The notes under the pieces: model-generated
Database searches by the model: none
Told to the model about the DNA's origin: nothing
The model's input: only the letters and a program-made list of their open reading frames with translations
Part shown: positions 49,790 through 62,672 of the stretch, in pieces
How the letters are laid out: every line of letters starts with the position of its first letter
Numbering within the stretch: the first letter of the stretch is position 1
From: Octopus sinensis
Lineage: Eukaryota
Reading direction: 5' to 3'
NCBI RefSeq assembly: GCF_006345805.1
Contig: NC_043002.1
Span: 45,694,001-45,758,000 of the forward strand
DNA length: 64,000 nt
Position numbers and translations under genes: made by a program

Positions 49790-52700
49790 TGTGGACAAAG
49801 GAGAATTATGATGAGGATGCTTTCCAAATTAAGGGGTACTTCAGTAAATCAGAGATGCAAGAAGGGGTGGTGTGGGTATTTATGTGTACGACGAAATTGA
49901 CAAGATAAAAAGATGTAGTGGGTTGTCATTGGGGGTCATCTGCTGAATTTTTATTTCTGGAGATATCTTGAACTGAACTTGGAATGAATAAAAAGGTAAT
50001 CATTGGTTGAATTTACCGAACCCCAGATAAAAATTTGAAGGATTTTTTCAACAATTTTCATTCTATAATACACAAAATAGCTTTAAAGAATAGGCTTTGT
50101 TTCTTGGCTGACAGCTGATGATAATATTAATAGCATTGCCCACAAACTTCAACTCCAAGAAATTCTGAAATGCAATTCCTTTTTCGCTTTAATAGAAGAC
50201 AGACTGAGAACACGGGTGAATGAGGACAACAGCTCATTTATAGATAATATATTTACAAATATATTGGCCTTGATGATATTGATGCTGGAACAATCATATC
50301 TGACATTTCAGATCACCTTCCAATATTCTCTTTGCTCTGAACTATACAATTGCAAGAAAATAAACGCAAAAGAAAATTTCTTACTGTTAAAAAAATTGAT
50401 GTAAGTAGTAAGGAAAAATTTAGAGAATATATGAGACAACAGGATTTTAGCTTTATTGAGCATAGTTCTTCTCTGGATTTAAACAATAACAAACTTATTA
50501 AAATAATCAAAGAGGGAAATGATATGTGTTTTGAAACCAAAAAGATGTACTTAACTAAACAGGATGACTTATCCTGGCTTTTTAAAGGTTTGGTCCATTC
50601 TATAAGACACAAGAACTATCTGTATAGGGTGTACCACAGGAACAAATTTCAAGATAAGCGCAAATGCATGGTCATTACAAAAAATTTGACAAAATACTCA
50701 AAAAATGCCTTAGTGTCACTGAAAAATGTTACTATACAGGATTGCTTGAATAAAACATTAAAAATATGAAGAACTATTAGAAAACACTTAGCATTATTTT
50801 GAAAAGGAGAGATTAAGACAAAAGTTTTGGTTTCTTCCTTGATGGTAAAGGAAAAATTTTAAAACAAAATAAAAAATAGCAGACACTGTTAACAATTATT
50901 TTGTCTCAGTAGAAAAATATCTTGAAAAATAAAGCCCTGACCTGCATCAACAACAAAATTAACTCTCATCGATGAGGCACTGGGTAGAGCACTCTATGTT
51001 CCTGTTGCCAACAAATGAAGATGAGGTAGAAAAAATAATTAATAGCACCAAAAAGGAATCTCAGGGTTCAAATAGAATCGTTAGAAAATACATTATCATA
51101 ATACTTGATTCAATTATTAAACTCATTAACTAAAATTTTCTATCAGTGTTTAGAATTTAGTTGTTTCCTTTGGGAAATAAAGAAAGCAAAAATTATACCA
51201 ATATATAAAAAGAGCGCAAAGCACACTATGTCAAATTACAGACCTGTATTAATCATACCTTATTTCTCTAAAATCCTTGAAAAAATAATAAAAGAACAAC
51301 TTATAACTTACATTGATAAAAATAAGAAATGGATAAAAATGTGACAGAATATGAATATTATTACAAAGAGTCAATTTGGATTTAGGAAGGGAGCAAGCAC
51401 AGAACTAGCATTGGGATGCTTGATGAATAACTAATACATGACAGCGGATAAAAATGAAATAACTTTGGGAGTTTTCATTGATCTCAGTAAGGCGTTTGAT
51501 ACTATACCACACAACATTTTACTGAAAAAACTGGAATTCATAGGGATAAGTGGTAAACAATTGGAACTTTTTAGGGGCTACTTGCAGAATAGAAAGCAAT
51601 ATCTGCTATTTAATTAAGTGTCAGGCGACAACAGTCTAAACTGCAGGGTTCCACAGGTGTCTGTGCTTGGCCCTATTGTATTTTTAATTTATATAAATGA
51701 CCTAGTTTTTTATTATATTATAAATCAAGAAAATTGTGAAATTCTTATGTTTGCTGATGATGCGAGTATTTATATATGAGGTTGGTCCCGTGGAGAACTG
51801 ATCTCAACTATGAATGACATTATGAATGATGTTATGGAATGGTTTACTCTTAATAGACTGTTATCAAATACTAATAAAACCAATTGTGTTGTTTTCAAGC
51901 CAGCACAGAAGAATATTGATTTTGTAAGTGAAGTAATGATAAATGGCTCCCCTGTAAAAAGGGTTGACTGCATTACATTTTTAGGTGTAACAATTAATAA
52001 AGATCTGAGCTGGAAGAATCATGTTGAGGCAGTGGCCAATAAAATGTCACGATTGATAGGGATTACTTTTAAAATATAACCATTTGTGAATAACAAAGCT
52101 TTACTTACATTGTACAACTCCTTGATGTATCTTATAACAATTTACATGTATAAAGTATGGTGTAACAAACACAATTATTTTATAAATAAAATATTTTTGT
52201 ATCAAAAGAAGTACTCGAGAATATTGGAAGGTACGCATTACTTAGCGCATACTGGTCCATTTTTTAAGAAATATAAAATCTCAACTATATTCAAAATCAA
52301 TGAAAAAAGATTGTCCTTCTTCACCCATAAACGGCAATTTAATATGGAAAAATGATGAACTTTGAAGTCAATTGCAGGGAAAATTGAAATCAAAATAATT
52401 TGTTTGTTGAAAGAATTACTCTTAAAAGATCAAAAAGCATTCTAGATCATGCATCATGCTCAGTTTACAATAGTCTGTCTGATGAGATCAAAGCCATTGA
52501 AAATATAAATTTGTTTGAGAGAAAACTTAATTGTGCCACTGGATACATAACAGAAATTAGCTTGCTCATTTCCATCTTTTCTTGTTTTATTTGTTAAGGA
52601 ATGACCTTGATCTCCTACAGTATGTACATGCTAGAGGGCTCGTCTAGACAGTAAATGTTAAATTTCACTCATGATTGCAAGTTGATATGCTACTTGAAAT
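49790..52700 (+). mobile_element. Heavily decayed L2/Crack-like LINE ORF2 (APE endonuclease + RT)
   Basis: Ordered remnants RRGGVGIY, IDNIFTN, SDISDHLPIF, NYRPV, QFGFRKG, VFIDLSKAFDT, YINDL, FADD with many stops and frameshifts. Confidence 0.88.
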
Positions 52701-54016
52701 GCTTTAACACTTTTCAAGTCACCATATAATGTCTGATACTATATGTCCATGCTGATGTGTGTCATTGTGGCAGATAGGTTGTACATCAAAGGATCAATGT
52801 CTTTATCGCATATTGTAGCCTCGTGGCCATAAATTTAAAAAAAAGGGAGGGAAAAATGTTCTTTACTTGAATGAAATATATTTTCTGATTCAAATCATTA
52901 AAAATTAAAAAGGCATCCAAGGTACCAGCCAGTAGCATTAAACCAGGTAACAATATCAGTTTACTACCCAAGAAAGACTATAGTGGAATTTGAACTCCAA
53001 ATACAAAAAGCTGGAACAAATAGTGCAAGACTTCTGATGAGATGTTGTTGCACATTGGCTGACATGCTTTAGGGGCTTGTGAAGATGCATGGCCTAGTGG
53101 TTGGGGTGTTGCACTCACGTTCATAAGGTCATGATTCTGGTTCCCAGCGTGGGTGATGCATTGTATTCTTGAGTAAAAATAGAAAAGAAAATCTTTTATT
53201 TCTTTTACATATTTCAGTCATTTGATTGTGGCTGTGCTGGCTGGAGCACTGCCTCGAAGGGGTTTAGTCAAAGAAATCAACTCCAGGACTTATTGATTGT
53301 AAGCCTAGTGCTTATTCTATCAGTCTTATTTCTTTATTGCCCACAAGGGGCTAAACATAGAGGGGACAAACAAGGACAGACAAACGGATTAAGTCGATTA
53401 TATCGACCCCAGTGCATAACTGGTACTTAATTTATCGACCCCGAAAGGATGAAAGGCAAGGTCAACTTCGGTGGAATTTGAACTCAGAACGTAACAGCAG
53501 ACAAAATACCGCTAAGCATTTCGCCCGGCATGCTAATGTATCTACCAGCTCGCCGCCTTATATTCTATCAGTCTAAAAATAAAAAAATAAAAAGACTTTG
53601 GAAGAAGTTTTCAAGAATAATTTAATAGTTATAGCAGTTTTTGTCTACTATGATACATTTTCAATGCATTTTCCCTATAAATGTTTCCATAAATTTACTA
53701 TTTTATATAAAGGATAAATAAAGATACTTTTAAATTTTTGCAGGAATTTGATAATTTTTTTGGATTTTATAATTTGTAAGAAAGTGTCATGGGAATGAAC
53801 CAATGGCTATTTCTAGCATTTCAAGTTATCACAACTTGAGATGCTAGAAATAGCAGCCAATATCCTTTTAACCTCTCTGCAACATATTTGTTTAAAGAAA
53901 AAAAGGGAAGAACATGTCAGATAATGTAGTCCTAGAAATAATATGTCTGAAAAGATAGGATAGCCACTGCTAGAATGGGATGACCTTGGACTACACAATA
54001 TCAACAGCATCTAAAC

Positions 54017-54292
54017 CAATGGTTCTCAACCCCTATGGACCTGTTTGATTACTATTCCATTCTGGTGGACCCCCATAACCATTCAATGTGTAAAAACTAA
54101 TTTCATAGATGCTCTTTTCTAAATTTCTGTTTTCCACACCTGTTTCTTGTAATAAATACATCTAAAGCAAAATTTTTCATGGCCCTTAATATACTACTGT
54201 GAGTCCCCAATTTACTATTTTGCTTGCTTGGACACACCCAAAATCTTATATGGATCCCCAGGGGTCATATGAACCCTAGTTGAAAACCATTG
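54017..54292. mobile_element. hAT/Charlie-type MITE
   Basis: TIR CAATGGTTCTCAAC / GTTGAAAACCATTG; perfect 8-bp TSD ATCTAAAC fitting the Charlie NTCTARAN target. Confidence 0.92.
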
Positions 54293-54310
54293 ATCTAAAC
54301 AGTCATTATA

Positions 54311-54877
54311 TTGGGTTGTCTGGAAAGTTCGTGCCAATTTATAGTAGCTTACATTTTGACTTATTTTAGAACATGGTTGAGTCCATAAAAATAGGATTTG
54401 ACTACACCTCCATTTAGAGCACAGTTTAAGTTATCTTCTCGTGGAAGAAGGTTTATGCTCCTATAACCTGTGTTAATTCTGTAACCCTTTAAAATGGAAG
54501 ATAAGAAAGTTAATTTTCGGCACTTGATGCTTTGGGAACCAGACAAAAATTGCTGCAGCTCGACTGGGATGTGTTACCCCACCCTCCATATTCACCAGAT
54601 ATTGCTCCTTCGCATTTCCACTTATTCAGGTCTCTGCAGAATAGTCTTAATGGTAAAAATTTCAATTCCTTGGATGATGTAAAAAGGTACCTTGATGAAT
54701 TCTTTGCCATGAAACCACCTCACTTCTGGGAAGAGGGTATTTTCAAATTAAAGGAAAGATAGAGATGCATTGTGCAACAAAATGGTTCATATTTGGTTGA
54801 TTAAAAATGTAATGGCAAGTATTTATTGACCTTTTTCTTTCCTTTAAAGATCGGCATGAACTTTCCGTACAACCCAA
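54311..54877 (+). mobile_element. Internally deleted mariner (567 bp)
   Basis: TIRs TTGGGTTGTCTGGAAAGTTCGTGCC / GGCATGAACTTTCCGTACAACCCAA with TA TSD; N-terminal MEDKKVNFRHLML fused to C-terminal LPHPPYSPDIAPSHFHLFRSLQN. Confidence 0.92.
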
Positions 54878-55181
54878 TACATTATTATTATACATGATTG
54901 ATATTTAGTAGGAATTATATTTAGTAATAAATTATGGTAATTACTAATAAGTTTGTGGGAATGTGATGTGGCAATCTGCAACATTTGTTAACAGCAAAAT
55001 TAGGCAATATCGCAAAATTTTGTAAAATCCAAATTATTTTTGCAGCAGAGTTTTAATATATTCATAAATTATATCATGTGGCTATTGCAACTGGTAGCCA
55101 TGTAAACAAACATGTATCAGAGAACTGCTACTATAAATTGAATAATGTAGAAAATATCATGAATTATGAATCCTAAATTAG

Positions 55182-55635
55182 GAAATTATTCAAAACTTTT
55201 CTTATATTCCAAAAATAAAGGTCAAAACAACCACTGAAAACCCAGAACTTTCAACTGAACACGAGGAATTTTTCATGAACTCGACACATGATGTTGAAAA
55301 TATCGGAACATCATCGAGTATCATTTTTAATATGGTTCTATTTGGAGACACACAAATATCTGACATGAATGAAACTGTTAGCAGCAGCAGCAGCAACAGC
55401 AGTAATAGTAGTATCAGCAGCATTGGTAACAACATCAACAGCAATGACAGTAGCATTAACAGCAGCAATGGTAGCAGTACTGACAGCGGTGACAAACCAT
55501 TGGTATCTACTGATGAAGATATTATCATGGAGCCACCAGGCTGGGAACCTGTGAATTCAATAATAGTTGCAAACTGTTCCAATTCAAATAGCTTCAGCAT
55601 GGAGTTGTATGATGACTTGTTTCAACGTTATGATG
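55182..55635 (+). CDS. Putative exon of an unknown Ser/Thr/Asn-rich (mucin-like) extracellular glycoprotein; 5' boundary uncertain
   Basis: ~151-codon stop-free frame in AT-rich DNA (EIIQNFSY...ELYDDLFQRYD), 9 N-x-S/T sequons, strong phase-1 donor G|GTAAGA at 55636; the acceptor ttag at 55181 is weak. Confidence 0.65.
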
Positions 55636-55749
55636 GTAAGATAATTCTTTTAGTTCTATATGTGTGTTGGTATTTATTTGTTGTCTGAGTAATATAGGAC
55701 CATGGTAAGTTACAATGAGCCAAACAGTTTTCTTAAAATGATAATGAAA

Positions 55750-56090
55750 TTATTGTATACAGTGCTCAGGTGCACCACAACTTGTCAAAAAGTGCATATA
55801 AAGTATATGCAGTAATGTACAAATGTCTGGAAAGCGAACAATGTATGAGTCAGATACATGCTTGTGTGTGTATGGAGGGGAGAAAATCAGGCGTAGTGTT
55901 GGCGAATCTCAGAAAGCATGGAAGCTTTGAAGGATGCAGTGCTCCGACAACTAACAACTGATGCCGGCAGTTTGTTCCATGCTTCAGCAACTCTCAGCGT
56001 GAAAAAATGTTTCCTAAAGTGATGGGAGCTGTGCTGTTTTATGACTTTGCTATTCAATCCCACTGGATGGTACCCAAGGTATATTTCTTG
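55750..56090 (-). mobile_element. Short 3' fragment of a related CR1 LINE
   Basis: FRKHFFTLRVAEAWNKLPASVV and the same terminal GTGCACCTGAGCACTGTA as the 45.9-kb copy, different 3' UTR. Confidence 0.9.
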
Positions 56091-56822
56091 TAACATAATC
56101 TTCAATTGGCTAAAGACTTTTAAGTGAAACACAGATGATTTCTATTATGAAAGGAGACGTAACTCTAATTTTCTTTCTTTTCTTTCCTTTCTTTTTCTAT
56201 TTTAATTCACCCGTCCACTTTTTGCATCAAACTTTTTCTCATTTTTCTCTCTTGATTTCTCATGAACTAGTGTTCTGATTTTCAAATAGAACAAATCATG
56301 TGTTCAGAGCCCAACAACTGCTTGGAAACACAAGGTGTGTAATAAAAGCTTACCTATACACATGTTTTCACAACAAGAAACAATTACTAATTCGTGCCTT
56401 TATGGTGTGTACATTAAACAATATCTCAATAATACTAAAACTCTAGAGATGTCTGGGTGTACCTGAAATATCTCAGAAATAGTATATTTTATTTTAGTTA
56501 TTTTGCATATTTATTTTCATATTTACCGTCGGCAATGCATACAAATTTTTGTGATATTTGAACCTCTATTTAAACAATTAAACACAATTTTTGTATATTA
56601 TTTCTTGACAAAAAAAACATAGCTTCTGTAATGTCAACACACATACACACATACAGAATACACACACATATAATGAATGTCATGGTGTGTAAATAAAATC
56701 ATACCAGGTCAATGAACTGTTTGTTTGAAGGACAAGAAGAGCATCAAGCTGTAGAAAATCTGCCTCCACAACAAATTTCATCACACTCATTTAAGCAATG
56801 GCAAATGAACATTAAAATACTG

Positions 56823-56864
<42 letters not shown>

Positions 56865-56891
56865 ATATAATATATATATATAATATATATA

Positions 56892-56934
<43 letters not shown>

Positions 56935-57789
56935 TACATATAATGTAAGGTGGTGCGATGTCAGGTGAGGGGAATGGCTCTTTAGTACCGCATCACACCG
57001 CTGATACAATAGATAGAAATTGGATAGTACAAATAAATGCCAGATGGAAAAGAGACACAACCATATAAGAAAGATTAAGAGAACATTTATTGATATGTTT
57101 AACATGTGTATCAGTGTGTGTATCAAGTATGCAGAATAATAGACAGGCAATCATGAGAAAAAAATGTATGTGTGTGTGTAGGCATAGATGTATGCACTTG
57201 TGTTAAGAACATTTAAGGATAACAATGAAGAAGGGGACAGTGAAACAGTCTATAGCCATTTTTTCTCTACATTGTATACTTTATAGACAATAGTCTTTTC
57301 TTTAATTTAATTTTTTTAATTATCCATCTGGGCTATTCCATTTCTGCACGCTAATTTTATTTTTAATTTAATTCCCATTCATGTGAAACCACTTATTCAA
57401 GTTCAAATCGTTGATGCAATTTTATACCAATTACTATTTTTACTTTTGTTTGATTTTAATTATTACTTACTACATATAATTCCAGCCTCACCTGGCCCCC
57501 ATGCCGGTGGCACATAAAAAGCACCATCCGTCCGTGGCCATCTGCCAGCTCCGTCAGGCACCTGTGCGGATGGCACATAAAAAGCACCCACTACACTCAT
57601 GGAGTGGTTGGCGTTAGGAAGGGCATCCAGCCGTAGAAACACTGCCAGATCAGACTGGGCCTGATGCAGCCTTCTGGCTTCACAGACCCCAGTTGAACCG
57701 TCCAACCCATGCTAGCATGGAAAGCGGACGCTAAATGATGATGATGATGATTTTTATTGTTAAAGTGAAAGCATCTGACATAAAATAGA

Positions 57790-58025
57790 GAAATATTTTT
57801 GTTTCACTTTTAACACGTAATACTGAAATAGTGGAAAAGATATGATATTGCTATGGGCTCGCTCTAGGCAAGAAGTTGAACATTTTTTTTGCCCATGAAA
57901 CTACATGGACCCTAAGTAAGGCATGTGTAAAATTTGAATGAAATTGGTTGTGTAGTTCTCAAGTTTTAGGGAAACACACAGACAAACAGACAGACACACA
58001 CACATTCTCAGTTTTATATATATAA
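57790..58025. mobile_element. Possible Helitron-associated (DINE-1-like) non-autonomous element
   Basis: AAATTTGAATGAAATTGGTTGTGTAGTT..(CAGA)n/(CA)n..TTTTATATATAT architecture; recognised by architecture only. Confidence 0.35.
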
Positions 58026-58033
58026 ATATATAT

Positions 58034-58071
<38 letters not shown>

Positions 58072-58160
58072 ACTAATGTAGGATAAAATTTTTTTCGGGA
58101 AAAAATTTTTTATCAATGGCCAGCATATCAAAAATTACCTTTAAAGGTTAAATTTATAAA

Positions 58161-58474
58161 TAATTTACAAAAATAAGGGCAAAAGAAAAATTCTAATGCC
58201 AAATATGCCAAAAAAAAAGACAAATATTGTCAATAACCATTATAATTTATGCGTCTTGAAACAAACCGATAGAAATTTCTAAAAAATCCGTTATTACCGT
58301 ATTGGTCCCAATTTATGAATTAACCCCAAAATTGGGACCAATACGGTAATAACGGATTTTTTAGAAATTTCTATCGGTTTGTTTCAAGACGCATAAATTA
58401 TAATGGTTATTGACAATTTTTGTCTTTTTTCGGCATATTTGGCATTAGAATTTTTCTTTTGCCCTTATTTTTGT

Positions 58475-58480
<6 letters not shown>
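58161..58480. repeat. Long palindrome, ~153-bp arms, 14-nt loop
   Basis: TAATTTACAAAAATAAGGG..GGTCCCAATTT / AAATTGGGACC..CCCTTATTTTTGTAAATTA. Confidence 0.95.
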
Positions 58481-58514
<34 letters not shown>

Positions 58515-58787
58515 GAGAGAGAGAGGGAGAGAGAAAGACAGACAGACAGACAAAGACAGAGAGACAGAGGAAGAAAGAGAGATTATATATTCACACATTT
58601 TTACATAATATAAATGACATACAACACAATTCTAGTAATATTGGAAATATTTTCAACTGTAAATGTAAAAATTTGTGCTTTGAACAAGAGACTGATATGA
58701 ATTTTTGTTTTTATTTTTTATTTGTAGATATAAATACATTTTTTCTTTTGGCAAGTCTTTCACAGCATGCAGCTTTTAATCTTGCAG

Positions 58788-58884
58788 AGGACATCCTAAA
58801 TATATTTCAAATATATTTCAGTGTGGATAAATGCCATCTTGATATTGTCATGGCAATAACTTATATGGGAGATACAAGTAACAG
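58788..58884 (+). CDS. Putative exon 2 of the same gene, 97 nt, phase 1-2
   Basis: ttttaatcttgcag acceptor, AG|GTAAAT donor; joins in frame to 55635 giving ..QRYD-E-DILNIFQIYFSVDKCHLDIVMAITYMGDTSN. Confidence 0.6.
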
Positions 58885-60718
58885 GTAAATTAATATTCAT
58901 ATAAAACTTACCTTGAATGTTTTTTTTAATTTTTTATTTTGCTCTTGAAAAAATATTGTTGTAAAAAACAATTTCTAAAAAAAATTCGGTCTTTAGGAAC
59001 ATCATTTTTTTTATTGGATATGTACTTGGTATAGTGACAGGGTCACCACTTGTATTGGTGTTCTGAAGCCACTTGTACTCGTGCTTGTGAAGCTGATTGC
59101 TGGGTCACCATTTGTTACTAGGTCTACTTGTTATTGGTGATAGAGCTGACTGCTGTTTGCTAGTGTAGGAGGTGAACAATTGTACATAGAAGAAAACAAT
59201 GAAACCTGTTGAGATTTTTGACAAACTTTAGTTCTTTTCATAAACAAGCAAATGATAAATACTGTTGTTACTATGAACAACAAATGTTGAGAGAGTTTGG
59301 ATGTTATTGTTCTTGATCAACTGCTAGTTGTTGTGTTGCTATGTAGTTCATTATGTTGATGTCAGCTTGGTTCAGCCATTGCCTGTGTCTGTTTGCTGTC
59401 CATCTGCCATGGTCTCTCATGCTCTCTCTGCTACATCCTAAAGCTCTCTTGTAGCCATGGTGTGTCAATTTTATACTGATTGAGGATTCAGAAAGGAGCA
59501 CACCAAAAGTCGAAATGGTCACTGGATCCTATTCAACATGACTTGATTGATCAGATCTTGTTGGTCACTCAGGTAATATTCTTTTCATGCACAGTTGTGA
59601 TTGATTAGGTTTTGTTGATCATATAGGTAATATTTATTTCTTTACTACCCACAAGGGGCTAAACATAGAGGGAAGAACAAGGGCAGACAAACGGATTAAG
59701 TCGATTATATCGACCCCAGTGCGTAACTGGTACTTAATTTATCGACCCCGAAAGGATGAAAGGCAAAGTCGACCTCGGCGGAATTTGAACTCAGAACGTA
59801 GCGGCAGACGAAATACGGCTACGCATTTCGCCCGGTTTGCTAACGTTTCTGCCAGCTCGCCGCCTTATATAGGTAATATTGTAGTGAATTATGACATTGG
59901 GTGATTGCTGTATATTCCTGTTAGAGATGTATTTCAACATTTTATTTAGTTAGGCTTTGTTTTTTAACACGATACTTTAATACTTCTATTAATTTACTAG
60001 ATACCTTTATTATCTTTCTACAATGCTTTTCATTTTTTGCTGTGTAGTCAGAGAAGAAAGGGCAGCATCCATAACCCTTTCCTTTTTCAAGATCTCAAAA
60101 CTTGTAGGCAGAAAGAAGGAAATTATCCTCAAACTTGGGACCTGGCTCAGATGTTCTCAACTGAGTGAATTCTGATAAAGGCACTCTAAGAACCAGACAG
60201 TAGTGTTAAATCAAGCAACACATTAAGTCTACCACCCAAGAAGTCTGGATGGAAAGTACAAGAACAAATATCATGCAGTAACTCATGAAATTCTAACAAG
60301 TCAGCAAATCCATTTTCGTGGATTTTACCAACCTTGAAAGAATGAAATGCAAAATTGACCTTAGTGGGATTCGAAATCAAAACAGAGAGCTCAAATAAAT
60401 ATTAAAAATTATTTTGTCCCCTGCTTTAATGACTCTGTCAAGCTCCTACTATGTTGAATTATGAAGTATTCGGTATAAATAAATACATATACAGAATTAT
60501 ACCCTTATAAATTTAGTATTGCTATAAAATCAGTCCCTGTGCTTGGTTTAACATCTCTACCTATAATTAGTAAAACTGACATGTTCCAACCTCTGGCCTA
60601 CAGGCATGCTGTCCCCACTATTTGCCATTTCTACAACTACTAAGATGGTTTCTGTTCCTTGGAGTTGGCTAGTCTCTATCCCTGTTTATATAGAGACATT
60701 ATGTGCCTTTGACCATTT

Positions 60719-60756
60719 GAGTCTGATGAGTTGCCTATAGGTGCGAAACCAATTCT
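60719..60756 (+). ncRNA. Degenerate hammerhead-like motif
   Basis: GAGT-CTGATGA-GTTGCC[TATA]GGTGC-GAAAC-CA-ATTC; core spacing right, stem III and NUH decayed. Confidence 0.35.
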
Positions 60757-60912
60757 CTCTCCCTGACCAGCCAAAACAACCAACTTTAAATAATTATAAT
60801 TATATTACTGCTCTAATGTTTTAGAATGTGCTACTGCCAATATATGAACTACTGCCCTATATATATATATATATATATATACTCTCTTTTTCTCTCTTTT
60901 ACTTGTTAAAAT

Positions 60913-60955
<43 letters not shown>

Positions 60956-61267
60956 TTGTATGTATGTATATGAGTGGAGGCACGTGGCTTAGTGGTTAAG
61001 GTGTTGGACTCATGATCATAAGATCATGGTTTCGATTCCTGAACCAGGCGATGTGTGGTGTTCTTGAGCAAAACACACACTTTCACGATGCTCCAGTCCA
61101 CTCAGCTGACAAAAATTGTAATCCTGTGATGGATCGGTGACCTGTCCTTATGAGCCTGGAATGGCATGAGAAGGAAATGTTTATTTTTTTTATGTGTATA
61201 TGTATATATGTACATACACATACACATATATATGGATATATATGTTCTGTTTTTTTATCAAATTTAG

Positions 61268-61466
61268 TGTCTCTCAATCTGAGGTAAAGTATGTGATTTA
61301 TTTCGGTGGCATTACTGCAAGAATAATTGACAAATCCGAGAAGGTAGTCATTGAAAAATTAACCAACTACCCAATCAAGCTCAACGATCCTACAACAGTA
61401 AATCTAAAAGAGAATCACTCTACCACAGTTTTACCCACATCTCTTGATCCCAAGGGACATAATCAG
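61268..61466 (+). CDS. Putative exon 3 of the same gene, 199 nt, phase 2-0
   Basis: T-rich tract + tttag acceptor, CAG|GTAAGG donor; (S)VSQSEVKYVIYFGGITARIIDKSEKVVIEKLTNYPIKLNDPTTVNLKENHSTTVLPTSLDPKGHNQ; phase matches the 58884 donor. Confidence 0.6.
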
Positions 61467-61988
61467 GTAAGGTAATATTTTATCACATGATAACTCTAAT
61501 AATTCATTAAGAAATTATATAATACACAGTCATGCCTGTAGGTTACAGGCATGCCCGCAGGTTACAGGAATGACTGTGTGACTAAGAAGCTCACTTTGCA
61601 ACTATAAGGTTTTGGATCCTATTCAACTGAGTGAAGTGTCTTCTTCTAGAGCCCAAGTTGCCCAATGCTTTGTGAGTAATTTGGCAGATGGAAATTGCAT
61701 GGCCTGGAAGCTTGCCATATATATATATATCATCATCAACATCGTTTAACATCCGCTTTCCATGCTAGCATGGGTTGGATAATTTTGACTGACGGCTGGT
61801 GAGCCAGATGGCTGCACCAGGCTCCAATCTTGGTCTGGCAGAGTTTCTACAGCTGGATGCCCTTCCTAATGCCAATCACTCCGAGAGTGTAGTGGGTGCT
61901 TTTTACGGGCCACCGGCACGGGGGCCAGTCAGGCGGTACTGGCAATGACCTCGCTCGAATCTATATATATATATATATACTTCTGTGG

Positions 61989-62048
<60 letters not shown>

Positions 62049-62052
<4 letters not shown>

Positions 62053-62672
62053 ACGATTTAGGAGTGACCCCAACAGGTCACTCGTCCACCACCAGAAAGA
62101 GCAGCCATAACTCACACCGCCAAGTATTATTAATTCAGAAATTAGGTGAAAATTTAAAAACATTTACCCTAATTCATCTTTTAGACGTTGCAACGTTTCT
62201 GTGTCATTAATGATTAAATTAGCTTAATTAAATTAAATTAAGCCAATCTACCATAGGTTACACTTCATCAGTAAAGACCTGGGAGAGACAAATATACACG
62301 AGGCGTCTGTATCGAAGCCTACGGGATATCTGACTTAAAATTTTCAAGACTGACGTATTCGCGCCAAACTTATCAACAGTAAATATAAACTGCTGATTCA
62401 ATCTCAGAATTATTCAGAAAATTATCAATTAGTCAATTTAGGGTAGCAAAAAAATTCAATAGAAATTTATCGCAACCAGCGGCCTGGTGAAAAAGAGAAA
62501 ATAGTCATCGACTAAATATATAAATATAACGATTTAGGAGTGACCCCAACAGGTCACTCGTCCACCAGAAAGAGCAGCCATAACTCACACCGCCAAGTAT
62601 TATTAATTCAGAAATTAGGTGAAAATTTAAAAACATTTACCCTAATTCATCTTTTAGACGTTGCAACGTTTC
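62049..62672 (-). repeat. Partial tandem (1.3 copies) of a 473-nt pLTR/retrozyme-like unit
   Basis: 62049-62199 is repeated at 62525-62672 (differs mainly by a 3-nt ACC indel); both copies end in the hammerhead GAAAC..GTC half. Confidence 0.9.
62178..62276 (-). ncRNA. Type I hammerhead-like motif with GUC cleavage triplet
   Basis: Minus: CTTTA-CTGATGA-A-GTGT[~50 nt]ACAC-A-GAAACGTTGCAAC-GTC-TAAAAG; palindromic stem III ACGTT/AACGT. Confidence 0.65.

Noticed and set aside
59030-59600. Higher-complexity stretch with a short minus-strand ORF (59304-59522)
   Set aside because: No splice-compatible exon or recognisable domain; possibly a LINE 5' region but unsupported.
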